From assembly GCF_009914755.1 (NCBI RefSeq), contig NC_060947.1: a stretch of 64,000 nt of DNA, one strand, 5' to 3'. The stretch comes from the human T2T-CHM13v2.0 reference genome, Homo sapiens. Numbering within the stretch: position 1 is the stretch's first letter; each line of letters begins with the position of its first letter. Shown piece by piece: positions 1 through 17,790 of the stretch. The notes under the pieces were generated by a model, which was not told the origin of the DNA, did no database searches, and was given only the letters and a program-made list of their open reading frames with translations. The translations under genes and the position numbers were made by a program.

Positions 1-4980
<4,980 letters not shown>

Positions 4981-7900
4981 TGTCTGTTCATGTCCTTTGC
5001 CCACTTTTCAATGGTGTTTTTTCTTGTAAGTTTGTTAAAGTTCCTTACAGATGCTGAATATTAGAGCTTTGTCAGATGCAGAGTTTACAAATATTTTCTC
5101 CCATTCTGTAGGTTGTCTGTTTACTCTTTTGAGAGTTCTTTTGCAGTAGCTTTTAGTTTAATTAGATCACATTTGTTAACTGCTTTTCTTTTGTTGAAAT
5201 TGCTTTTGGTGTCTTCATCATGAAATCTTTGTCCATGCCTACATTCTAAAGGTTTCAGTTTCAATTTTCTGCATATTCCTAGCCAGTTCTCCCAGCATTG
5301 TTTGTTAAATAGGGAATCCTTTCCCTGTTGCTTGTTTTTGTCAGCTTTATCAAAGTTCAGATGGCTGTAGGTGTACAGTCTTATTTCTGGGTTCTGTATT
5401 CTGTTCGTTTCAGTCTGTTTTTCCACCAGTACCGTGCTGTTTTGGTTACTGTAGCCCTGGAGTATAGTTTGAAGTCGACTAGCATGATGCATGAAGCTTG
5501 TTCAGCTTGCTTAGTATTTTCTTGGCTATTCGGGCTCTTCTTTGGTTCCATATAAATTTTAAAATAGGTTTTTCTAAGTCTGTGAAGAATATTGATGGTA
5601 ATTTAATGGGAATCACATTGAATCTATAAATTACTTTTGGCAGTATGACCATTGTAATGATATTGTTTCTTCCTATCTGTGAGCATGGAATGTTTTTCCA
5701 TTTGTTTGTGTAATCTCTGATTTCTTTGAGCAGTGGTTTGTAGTTCTCCTTGAAAAGGTCCTTTACTTCCCTTGTTAGCTGTATTCCTAGGTGTTTTATC
5801 CTTTTTTGTAGCAATTATGAATGGAAGATCATTTGTGATTCACTGTTACTATGATGGGCTTCCCTTTGTAGGTTACCTGGGCTTTCTCTCTGGCTGTCCT
5901 TTACATTTTTTCTTTCATTTGGACCTTGGAGAATCTGACAATTATGTGTCTCGGTGATGATCTCCTCTTGGAGTATCTTACTGGGATTCTCTGCCTTTCC
6001 TGAATTTGAATGCTGGCCTGTCTAGCTAAGTTGAAAAAGTTCTCCTGGATAATATCCTGAAATACGTTGTCCAAATTGGTTCCATTCTCCCCATCTTTTC
6101 AGGTACCCCAGTCAGTCTTAGATTTTGTCTCTTTACATAATCCCATATTTCTTGGAGCTTTTGTTGATCCCTTTTCATTGTTTTTTCTCTATTCTTGTCT
6201 GCCTGTCTTATTTCAAAAAGACAGTCTTCAAGCTCTGAGACTCTTTCCTCTGCTTGGTCTATTCTGGTATCAATACTGGTAACTGCATTGTGAGGTTCTT
6301 GTACTGTATTCTTCGGCTCTATCAGGTCACTTAGGCTCCTCTCTATTCTGACTATTCTGGCTTCTGCTCCTGCATTGTTTTATCATGATCCTTAGCTTCT
6401 TTGCATTGGGTTGCAATGTGCTCCTCTAGCTCAGCAAGGTTTGCTTTTATCTGCATTCTTAAGTCTACTTCTGTCATTTCACTCATCTCTGCCTCAGCCT
6501 AGCTCTGAGCCCTTGCTGGAGAAGTGTTGCAGTCATTTGGAAAAACATAGGCACTTGGGCTTTTTGAGTTTTCAGCATTTTTCCGCTGATACTTTCTCAT
6601 CTTTGTGGGTTTATCTACCTTCGATCTTTGAGGTTGCTGACCTTTGGGTGACGTTTTTGTGGGTGTGTGGTTGTTTTTGTTGTTTGTTTTTCTTTTAACA
6701 GTCTGGCCACTCTTCTGTGGGGCTGCTGTGGTTTGCTGGGCTTCCCCTCCGGACCCTAGTGCCTTGGTTTTTCTAGTACCTGGAGGTATCACAAGTGAAG
6801 TCTGTGAAACAACAAGTATGGCAGCCTGCCCCTTCCTCTGAAAGCTCTGTCCCAGGGAGCTACTGACCTGTTGCCAGCCCAAACTTGCCTGTATGTGGTG
6901 GCTGGAGACCCCAGTTGGGAGGTCTCACCTAGTCAGGAAGAATGGGATTAGAAACCCACTTAAAGAAGCAGTCTGGCAGTGTTTACATAGAGTATCTTTG
7001 CTGTGTTGAGGATCCCTTCAGTCCCCAATCAGTTTGCACTCTCCAGAGCCTGCAGACTGGAATGGCTGAATCACCCAAACAGCAAAGATGGTGGCCTACC
7101 TCTCTCCCTGAGCACTCCATCTCAGAGAGAAATTAGAAGTCTGTCCATAGGATACGGGTGGGGGTAGCCAGAGTCCTTAGCTGGGAGGAGCCACCCCACA
7201 AGGAGGAATGGATTGGAATCCCATTTCAAGAAGCAGTCTGGCCATACCTCAGTGAAAAGCCATGCTGTTCTGGGGAACCATCTCCGCCCAGGTCGGCTTG
7301 AATTCTCCAAAGCCCACAGGCTGGAACTGCTGAGTCATCCAAACAACTAAGGTGCAGCCCACCCCTTCCCACAGGGACTCTGTCCTAGGGAGTGATCAAA
7401 GCTCTGTCTGTAGAATATGAGTGGGTAGGGGTGGCTAGAGGCCCCAGCTGAGAGCGCCTGCCCAGTGTGAAGGAATGGATCAAGGCTCTGCTTAAAGAAA
7501 CAGTCTCGCCATGCCTCGACAAAACAGCCCTGCTGTGTTGGGGAACTCCCTCTTCCCTTGTTGGCTTGGACTCTCCAAAGCCCGCAGGCTGGAACAGTTG
7601 AGTCATCCAAACAACCATGGTGGTGGCCAGACCCTCCATCCAGGCACTCCATCCCAAGGAGAGATCTAAGCTCTGTCTGTAAAATATGGGAAGGCAGGGG
7701 TATCTGGAGGCCCCAGCTGAGAAGTCCCACCCCATGAGGAGAAATGGATCAGGGTCCCACTTAAAGCAGCACTCTGGCCATGTTCTGGCAAGGCAGCTGT
7801 GCTGTGCTGGGAGGACCCTTCCTCACCCAGACCATTTGGATGCACCAAAGCCCACAGGCTTGAATGACTGAGTTGACCAAGCAGCAAAGATGGCCCACCC

Positions 7901-8493
7901 CTCCCTCTGGGGGCTTTGTTTAATCTCAGGCAGGCCCTTCCCTGTTGTTGGTGGCTGGCTGGAATTCCAAGCCTGTTGGTCTTATCTTGTGAGGTGTGAT
8001 AGAAGTGAGGCCAGCAGACCAATGTTGCTCACTCACTTAGATTCAGACCCCTTCCTAGGGGTATATACAGACCTCCTGCCTTGCCAAGCATCCCAGGGCT
8101 AGGGTATGTAAAGTTCCCAGGTCTCTGTGCATGCATGAGCAGCTGCTCTGCTGACACTCCACACAGTTCTGTGTGTCACACCCAAGGCCCTGGTGGCATG
8201 AGTTCATGAGGGGATCTCTAGATCTGAGGGTTGCAAAAAGCCATGGGAGAAGCATGGTTTTCCAGTGTCGCACATTCACTCACCACTTCCCTTGGCTGTG
8301 GGTAGGTGTTCCATTGCCTCCGTGTCACTACCAGGTGGGCCATCACCCTGCCTTGCTTTTCTTCATTCTCCATGGCTGTAGTTGTTTTCCTGATCAGTCC
8401 CAATGGGAGTACATGGATTTTTCATGCCTTTCGTTCCTCTCCATGAGGAACACACAACACAGCTTCTTCTACTTGGTCATCTTGGCCCCTCCC
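4981..8493 (-). mobile_element. Older LINE-1 (L1PA13-16 type) with complete 5' UTR, partial ORF1 and a large internal deletion into ORF2; interrupted on the left by the L1PA5
   Basis: Minus strand starts 'gggaggggccaagatgaccaagtagaag' (L1 5' terminus with degraded YY1 motif) at 8493. ORF1-like peptide at 6499-6640 and ORF2 peptides at 5121-5814. Confidence 0.88.
6840..7920 (-). repeat. Four diverged tandem units of about 265 bp within the L1 5' UTR
   Basis: The motif 'ggaatgg...cccacttaaagaagcagtctggcc' recurs at about 6940, 7205, 7472 and 7742, each followed by a 'ctccaaagccc...gctggaa...gagtcatccaaaca'-like block. Confidence 0.8.
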
Positions 8494-10723
8494 TAGAATG
8501 ATTTCCAACTCACAATCTAACATTGCACCCAGAGGAACTAGAAAAACAAGAAAATGTAACCGTAATGCTAGTAGAGAAAAGAAATAACTAAAATCAGAGC
8601 ATAACTGAATGAAATTAAGACTCACACATCCATACAAATGATCAATGAAACCAAAAGCTATTTGAAAAAATAAACAGTATTGATAGACCATTAGCTAGAA
8701 TAACAATGAAAAAAGAGAAGATCCAAATAAGCATAATCAGAAATGACAACTATGACATTATAATCAAAGACAAGGAAATATAAAAGGTCCTCAGAGACTA
8801 TTATGAATATGTGTATGCACACGAACTAGAAAATCTAGGAAAAAATTATTAAATTCCTGTAAACACAGAAACTTTGAAGTTCAAACCAGAAAGTTATTGA
8901 AACTCAGAATAGACCAATAATCAGTTCCAAAATTAAATTAGTAATAAATCCACAACCAACAAAAAAAGCCCTGGGCAAGATTGATTCTCAGATAAATTCT
9001 ATCAGAACAACAACAACAAGAGAGCTGGTACCAACCTTACTGAATTTTTGCAAAAATTCAAGGAGGAGGAACTCCTCTCTAACTCATTCTACTAAGCCAG
9101 CATCATTCTGATGGCAAAATCTGGGAGAAATATAATGAAAATGATAAAAAATATGGACCAATATGACCAATGAATTCAGACAGGAAAATCCTCAACAAAA
9201 TACTAGCAAATTGAATTGCTCAGCACAACAAAAAGTTAATTCACCATGATCATGTAGATTTCATTCCTGGAATGCAAGATTGGGTCGATAAATGCAAACA
9301 AATAAATGTAATCCATCCCATAAACAGAATTAAAAACAACTACTATACAATCATCTCGATAGATTCAAAAAATCTTTCAATACAATCCAAAATCCCTTCA
9401 TGATAAAAACCATCAAAAACTAGGCACCAAAGAAACATACCCCAAAGTAATAAGTGTTATCTGTGGCAAAACTATAGCCAATAGCATACCGAATGGGCAA
9501 AAGCTGGAAGCATCCCTTTGAGAACTAAAACAAGATAAGGATGCCCCTTCTCACCACTTCTATTTAACATAGTATTGGAAGTCCAAGCCACAGCAACCAG
9601 ACAAGACAAATAAAAAGGTGTCCAAATAGGAAAAGAAGTCAAACTATCTCTTTTTGCTGATAATATTATTCTATACCCAGAAAACCCTGAAGATTCTGCT
9701 AAATGACTCCTAAAACTGACAAGGAATTCAGTAAAAATGAATGTGCAAAAATCAGTGGGATTTCCGTATACCAATAACATTCAACCTGAGAGTCAAATCA
9801 AGAACCCAACCCCATGTACAATAGACACAAAATAGATAAAATACCTAGGAATAAATCTAAACAAGGAAACAAAGATCTCTACAAGAAGAATTATATAACT
9901 CTGCTGAAAAAAAATCAGAAATGACACAAACTGATGGAAAAACATTCCATGTGAATAAACTGGAAAAATCAACATCGTGAAAATTACCATACTTCCAAAA
10001 GCAATTTACATATTTAACACAATTCCTATGAAACTACCAATGTAATTTTTCACAGAATTAGACACAATTATTCTAAAATTCATATGGAATTTAAAAGAGT
10101 CTCAATAGCCAAAGTAATCATAAGTTAAAAAACAAACAAAAACAAAGCTGGAGGCATCATTTCACTCAGCTTCAAACTATAATACAAGGCCATACTATAC
10201 TTCAAGTATAATTTGAAGCATACAAGACAATACCTCAACTTGTGCTACAGAAATAGACACAGAGACCAACGAGACAAAATAGAGAACCCAGAAACAAAGC
10301 CACACACCTACAATCATTTGACCTTAAACAAGTTGACAAAAATAAGCAGTGGGGAAAGAACTCGCTTTTCAATAAATGGTGCTTGGATAACTGGCTAGCC
10401 ATATGTAGAAGAATGAAACTGGTCTTTAATGAAAACTTAACTCAATGGATAAAAGCCTTAGATGTAAGACCTGAAACTCTAAAAATACTAAAAGAAAACT
10501 TAGGAAATACCCTTCTCAACATTGACCTTAGCAGAGAATTTTTGGCTAAGTCCCCAAAAGCAATTGCAACACAACCCAAAAATAGACAAGTGGGACCTAA
10601 TTAAATGAAAGAGCTTCTGCACAGAAAGAGAAACTACCACTAGAGTAAACAGATAACCTACAGAATGGGAGAAAATATTCACAAACTATGCAGCCAACAA
10701 AGGCCTAATACTCCAATCTATAA
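8494..10723 (+). mobile_element. Older LINE-1 ORF2 fragment (L1PA16/L1PB age), from post-EN region through RT to C-terminal region
   Basis: Degenerate ORF2 sequence, e.g. 'ctatctctttttgctgataatattattcta' (FADD region) and peptides NWLAICRRMKL and ENLGNTLLNID. Confidence 0.88.
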
Positions 10724-11886
10724 TGGCTTGTTTTCCAAGATGGTGGACTGGAGGCAGTGTTATATGCCTCTACCACCTAGGAGGATGTAATAGTATGTAG
10801 AAGTTCGCATTGTAATTTTTTTTTCTTGAAGCAATGCAGGAACTTGGGAAAACTGAAAGAATACACAGACCCTTTGAAAGAAGCAGCAGGCTACAACCTA
10901 CACTACATGCCAGGCAAATATCTGTAAGTCCCCAAAGTGTGAGGGTGGACAGACTGCCTTCAGGATACACACCCCCATGAGACAACCTGAAAATCCAGAC
11001 CATGGGAAAAGGTCTTAACGCTAGACAAGTCTAGAAGGGATTTAGGGTGCAGTAAGAAATATAAAAATAGAAGCAGCGGTGGAAAGTGCCTTGCATGCAT
11101 TCCCAGTCTCCAGTGCTCATGGGGGAAAGCCATTCCTTGTTATATCTCACAGGGGACCTCGTGTAATTCTAAAAACGAGCTCAAGCAGTGATCACAGGCT
11201 GAAAGAAGCTCCCAACAGAATTTCACAGGATAACCTCAAGTGAAGGCAAACTCCCCTGGTCAGAACCCGAAAGATGAGTGGGAAGAGTGCTGCAGCCAGG
11301 AGCACAGAAGCCAGGCACCTGGCTTTGCAGGCAGACAGGGAGGGGCATGGCCTAAAAGTTGTCATTGTAGGGAAAGCTTATGGCCTGAGGCAGGTTTGAG
11401 TTCTGAGCAAAGGTTGACTGGAACTCAGTTTGCTGCATCTAGGTGAGCACTGCAGGAGTGAGACTCACCTTACCAATTGCGTGGGATCTGCATGGGGCTT
11501 ACTGTTGCTTGCTACTCCTCACTCCCTGCATGAACTCTTCTGTCCAAGAGAGACAGTTACACTAACCTCTGAAACATTACTCCAGTAGCCTGGGGACCAC
11601 CCCCCAGCCCCCAGAGAGGCCACAGATTGCCCTGCACTTGGAGAGTCATAGCATAGACCCACCTGACCCAGCTGCCACCTTGCTGTGCCCCTCCACCTGA
11701 CCTGGTAGCTTAACGTAAGAGACAGAAACTTGTGAGAGCATTATGGCCTCACTCATCACCTGAGAAACCAGAATATCTCCCCTGGCAACATAGGGCAAGC
11801 ACAAATCTCACTGGTACTACTGCATCTGTTGTTCTTTTGCCGTTGCCACCTCCTGGCTGGAGGTCAAGTGACACAGGCCATTATAG
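10724..11886 (+). mobile_element. L1PB-type 5' UTR (promoter region), truncated before ORF1
   Basis: Begins 'ccaagatggtggactggaggcagtgtt' and continues 'cacagaccctttgaaagaagcagcaggc', matching recalled L1PBa/b 5' ends. Confidence 0.75.
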
Positions 11887-13962
11887 TATTCCATGGTGTG
11901 GCTAGGACCCAACCCGGTACCAGAAATGAAGGAGTTAACCCTGCAAGACCCAAGCCCCGAACGATGTGACTTCTGTGGATGACACAAACCCCGGACGTTA
12001 CCTGGGGGATGCTGAAAAGGACAACTCAGGAGGCTGAACAAATCCGGTTCTGGACACAGTCCCATTTACTCCAGATAATTTGTTTCTTGCTATGCTTTCT
12101 GTTGTACATTGCATCTCACGTAGGTTATTAATCCTTTTTATGCTCTCACTTTGTCTGCAACCTGTACCTGCTACCTTCTATTGGGCTCATATCTTAGACC
12201 CGCCTTTCTTTCGCCCTGTTACCTGGGTAGACACTCCTTTCCCAGCCTATAATAACGTGACTGCTTGGATAGGATGGATAGATTTATTCCCAGTGTGGTC
12301 TCTCAGTAATGGCACACATTGGACTAAGGTGCCAGATTGGAATAGGAATTAAATGAAATTTAAAGATGTGTAAGCAGAAACTCAGTTGTATGTAAGAAAA
12401 CCCAATTCCCCCTGAGAAAGAGAAAGAGCTGGAGTCCTTTAAAAATTAACTGCCTGTTTTTCTGTGGCTAGTGAGTCTTATCTCTTCTCCTTTCCCAGGC
12501 ATTGTGAAGACCCTGTTTCTCTAGCTGTGCAGCTGCAAGGTCACTAGACAGACAAAATCAAGTCATAAAACATGTTTTTCCTTGAAAAGCAAGAAATGAT
12601 GTAACGCATATCTCAATTAATTGAATAACTGTCTTTGTTTCTCGCTTCTGTAATATGCCTCCCCCTGTACAGATCTCCCCCTGCCCCACAGAATGCTTAA
12701 AAGGTAACTTAGCTCTTTATTCAGGGCTCAGTCCTTCGGATGTTAATCTGACTGGGCTGGTGCACCTAAATAATAAATATCCTCCTGAACCCCATTTGTC
12801 TCTCTGATTCCTTAAAAATCCCACTACAAGATAACACTACATATCATTTCACTATCCTCCCACTGCGTGTAAGTTATAAAGGCTCTAACCCTTACTGTGT
12901 ACCTGCCCAAAGACAAGTATGGCTACATCATGGCAAAGAAAATCCCTTAACAATTTTAGCTGCAGGTAGTCTCAAACCGGGCAATTATTCATAATCACAC
13001 TGATCAGTGCCTGATTTGCACTGACCATCCATATGTTTTCCTTATGGGAACTAACATTTCCATTACACTCTGAAATGCCATGTTTGTGACACAGGTGCAA
13101 GGACAGGCTTGGTTTGCCTCATGTGTCACTAATCACAATGTAATGTATCTAATTTAAAAATTCTAGTGTTATGGTATTAAGGAGACAATCTGAGACATTT
13201 CTACCAGTCAATTTGACACATGACTGGCAAGGTTCCTCTGCCCTTGCCACCTTAGAATGTGCCCTGTCCCAGGTCAGACACAAAAGATTCATATTTACAC
13301 TTATGGCCTTTATAGTCTTAGCCATAGTCATCCCGGCAACTGCTAGCATTGCTGTGGCATCTGTTACTGAATCAGTACAAACAGCTGCTTTTGTAGATAA
13401 TCTGGCCAAAAATGTGTTTAATGAACTTCTCTTACAGCAAAGTATAGATCAAAAAATTATTGCATGTCTGCAAGCCATCGAGACTGCTTTAGAATATGTG
13501 GGAGAGCAACAAGATGCACTAGCATTCCAGCAACAATTAAACTGTGACTAGGAACATAAACATATCTGCATCACTTCTCTACCATGGAATCAATCAATAC
13601 ATAGTTGGGATGAGGTTGAAAAGCACCTCTGGGGAACATTTCATGACAATTTAACAGCAGATGGAAAGCAACTTAAAACTAAAATTTTAGAATCCCTTCA
13701 TGCCATAGATCTACACACCCAACATAGGCCATATGGAAGGGTATACAAGATCATCTCTCCTGCTTAGACCCCTCCTCCTCAGGGTCACTCTTTGGGAAAG
13801 AATGTTGCTAATCATACTCATTTTGTTTTATGTTATTTGCTAATTCTAGGATGCAAAGCCAGAATAAGCATAATGACTGCCACACCTGACCTGTTGCTGC
13901 ACACATCTATGCTCTCCAATCAAAAAAAAAAAACCTGATGCAGAAAACAAAAAATGGGGAGA
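11887..13962 (+). pseudogene. HERV-K22 (HML-5) 3' internal segment with defective env
   Basis: Betaretroviral env leader (TWGMLKRTTQEAE), SU start (LCLQPVPATFYWAHILDPPFFRPVTW), furin site RHKR followed by fusion peptide FIFTLMAFIVLAI, and TM ectodomain with a stop in the CD*EHKHIC motif. Polypurine tract 'aaaaaatggggaga' precedes the LTR. Confidence 0.85.
12338..12828 (+). mobile_element. Class I (ERV1) solo LTR inserted into the HML-5 env
   Basis: TG...CA termini, 491 bp, exact 4-bp target duplication AGAT (12334-12337 and 12829-12832), AATAAA near 12772. Removing it restores env 'ccagataacactac'. Exact subfamily not assigned. Confidence 0.88.
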
Positions 13963-14455
13963 TTTGGGGGTTCAATCAGGCTGGTGGGAAAAATATTAAA
14001 GATAGTTATAGTAATAGCCACAATATGTTTTGTAAAGCCTGAGAGTTTGCATAGCTTCAGATTGTCTGGCTGAAGGCAGCCAGAGTCTCTTTGCAGTAGC
14101 CAGAGAGCTTAAGGTGCAAATACAAAAGAATGTAGAGTAGTTTATCTAACTAACTTGTTTTCCTAAGACCACCCTTTGATGTACCATGGGTGCTTCATTG
14201 CTTTCTACTCAGAAAGTCCACAATATCAATTACCCTCTAATGGTATTTACTCACGACCTTTGTCACTTAATCTTTACTAAATAAATGCAAGTCTCACTCA
14301 CTGATCGAGGCCACAGTGGCAACTGTTTACAGTACTCTCCAGGGAGTCTGTAAGCGGCTCGAACACTCAGCTAGACTGGCAAAGCAGAATATCTGGGTAT
14401 CACTGTACTTCATTCATCTGTCGCTGGGTCAGGGTCTGCAGGTCAGACCCCCGCA
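13963..14455 (+). mobile_element. LTR22-family 3' LTR (HML-5)
   Basis: Start 't(g)ttgggggttcaatcaggctggtgggaaaaatattaaagatag', AATAAA near 14280, end 'cagacccccgca'. It directly follows the PPT. Confidence 0.85.
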
Positions 14456-17400
14456 GTACACTAGTAAATCAACTATGGAAAATAGTATGCAGGTTCCTCA
14501 AAACACTAAAAATAGATCTACCATATGATCCAGCAATCCCACTGCTGAGTATACAAACAAAACAGAAAATAAGCTATACAGCTAGCCAAAAAGGTGAAAG
14601 ATGTCCAGAAAAATAACTACAAAACACTGCTGAAAGATATCAGAGATGACACAAAGAAGTGGAAAAACATTCCATGCTCATGAACTGGAAGAAGCAATAT
14701 TATATAAACGGCCAAAAAGCCCAAAGCAATGTACAGATTTGATGCTATTCCTATCAAACTACAAACATAATTCTTCAGAGAATTAGAAAAAAACTAAAAT
14801 ATATATGGAGCCAAAAAAAAGACCCAAATAACCAAAGCAACCCGAAGCAAAAAAGAACAAAGGCGGAAGAATCACACTACTTGACTTCAAAAAATACTAT
14901 AAAGCCGCATTAAGCAAAATAGCTTGGTACTGTACAAAAGCAGACACATAGACCAATAGAACAGAATATAAAACTCAGAAATAAAGCCATACACCAACAA
15001 CCATCTGAACTTCAGCAACACTGACAAAAACAAGCAATGGGGAAAGAAGTCACTATTCAATAAATGGTGCTGGGATAGCTGGCTGGTGACATGCAGATCG
15101 ATGCTGGACCCCTACCTTTCACCATATACAAAAAAAAATTTAAACTTAAGATCTCAAACTATAAAAATCCTAGAAGACAACCTAGGAAATACTATTCTCA
15201 ACATTGGCTTTGGCAAAATTTTTTGGCTAAAACCTCAAAAATAATTGCAACAAAAACAAAAATAGACAAGTGGGATGTAATTAAACTAAAGAGCTTCTGC
15301 ACAGCCAAAGAAAGTATCAATAGAGCAAACAGACAATGTACATAATAGGAGGAGATATCTGCAAACTCTGCATCCAACAAAGGCCTAATATCCCAAATCT
15401 ATATGAAACTTAAATCAGCAAGCAAAAACCAAATAACCCCATGAAAAAGTGGGCAAATTATATGAATGGTCAGTTCTCAAAAAAGATACAAAAGTGGCCA
15501 ACAAACATATTAAAAAATGCTCAGCATCACTAATCATCAGAGAAATGCAAATCAACATCACAATGAGATACCATACAACACCAGTCAGAATGACTATTAT
15601 TAAAAATTCAAAAAACCAACAGATAATGGAGAGGCTGCAGAGAAAAGGGATAGTGGAAATGTAAATTCGTTCAGCCACTGTGAAAAGTAGTTTGGAGATT
15701 TCTCAAAAAACCTAAAACAGAGCTGCCATTCAACCCAGCAATCCTATTAACATGTATATACTCAGAAGAAAACAGTCTACCAAAAAAACACAGGGGCTCA
15801 TATGTTCATAGCTGCACTAGGCACAATAGCAAAAACATGGAATCAACCCAGGTGCCCATAAATGGTAGATTAGATAAAGAAAATATGGGACATATACACT
15901 ATGGAGCACTGTGCAGCCATGAAAAAGAATGAAATCATGTACTTTCTAGTAACGTGGATGGAGCTGGAGGCCATAATCTTAAGCAAATTAACTGAAGAAC
16001 AGAAAACCAAATTATTCATGTTCTCACTTATAAGTGGGAGGTAAGCATTGAGCACACACGGACATAAATATGGGAACAATAGTCACTGTGGACAACTGGA
16101 CAGTGGAGGGAGGCGGTCCGTTAAAAAACTACTTATTGGGTACTATTCTCACTACCAGGGTGATGGGATGCATACTCCAAACCTCAGCATCCACCATCAC
16201 ACGGTATTTCCATGGGACAAATCTGCACATGTACCCCTCTATCTAAAATAAATGTTAAAAAATAAAATAAAAAATAAATTTGCATGGCCATGTGTATTGC
16301 AGCACTATTTAAAATAGCCAAAATATGGAATCAATGTAAGTGTCTATCTATCAATGAATTGGTAAAGAACATGTGCTATACATACACAGAGGAATACTAT
16401 TCAACCATAAAAAGTAAAATCCTGTCATTTGCAGCAGCATGGTTGGAACAGGAGGCCATTATGCTAATTGAATAAGCTTGTCACAGAAAGACAAATATTG
16501 CATGTTCTTACTCATATTTGGGAACCAAATATGTAAATCTCATGAAGGTAGAAAGATAGATACTATAGGTTGGGAATGGATGGGGGTTAATATTGAGAGG
16601 CTTATTAATGGGTATGAAAATACATCTAGGTAGAAGGAATAACTGCTAGTGTTAGATAGCACAGTAAGATGATTATAGTTAACAATAATTTATTGTATAT
16701 TTCCAAATAGCTACAAAAGATTTGAAATATCCCCAACCAAGAAGAGATACATTTGACATAATAAATATTCTAATTACCCTGATTTAATAATTACACATCA
16801 GATGTATGCATCAATAAATCACAATGTACCACATAAATATGTACAATTGTTATGTATCAGCTAAAGTAAAAGACAAACAGCCAACAGGTATATAAAACCT
16901 GTTTGATATTACTAATTATGAGGAAAATGAAAATAAAAAACAAAATCAATATCATCTACCCCAGTTAAAATGGTACTATTAAAAAGATAGCAAATAAGAG
17001 ATGCTGGCAAGGATGCAGAGAAAGGGGAACGCACCTACACTGTTGGTAGGGATGTAAATTAGCACAGTCACTATGAAAAACAGTGTGGAGTTTCCTTAAA
17101 AAAATTAAAACTACCATACAATCCATAAATTCTACTGCTGGGTATATATCCAAAAGCAAGAAATTTAGTCTAGCAAAGAGACATTTGCACACCCATGTTT
17201 ATTTGCAGCCCTATTCACAACAGCCTAGATACAGAATCAACCTAAGTGTCCATCAAGAGTAAAATGGATTAAAAAATATGGCAGATGTATACAATGGATT
17301 ATTATTCATCTTTAAAAAATAAAATCCAAGCATTTGCAGGAACACAGATGGAACTGGAGTATAGTATGTTAACCAAAACCAGCCAAGCACAGCAATACAA

Positions 17401-17790
17401 ATATCACGTTTTCACTCGTATGTGGGAGCGAAAAAACTGATCTAATGGAAGTAAAGAGTAGAATGGTGAATGTCAGAGGTGGGGAAGGGTAATGGCGGAG
17501 GAGGAATAAAGAATGGTTGGTTTATGGGTAAAAAAATCAGGTAAGTAGAAGGAATAAGTTATGTTGTTCAATAGCACAGTAGGGCAACTATACCTAAAAA
17601 TAATGTATTGCATATTTCAAAATGGCTAGAAGAGAAGCTTTGAAATGTTCTCCACATAAAAGAATGATAATTGTTTGAGGTGATAGGTACCCCAATTGCC
17701 CTTATTTGATCATTACATAGTGTATGGATGTATCAAAGTATCACATGAACTCTGAAAATATGTGCAATTACTATGTATCAATTTTAAAAA
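14456..17790 (+). mobile_element. Nested L1 3' fragments: an L1MA-type end interrupted by a 5'-truncated L1PA15/16-type copy (about 14565-16278), followed by a second L1MA-type 3' end
   Basis: ORF2 C-terminal peptides ([29 protein letters not shown]) and three separate 3' UTR/A-tail ends at about 16275, 16870 and 17790. Confidence 0.8.

Noticed and set aside
6840-7920. CRISPR-like repeat-spacer array
   Set aside because: The units are long, diverged, lack unique spacers and lie within an L1 5' UTR in a mammalian genome.
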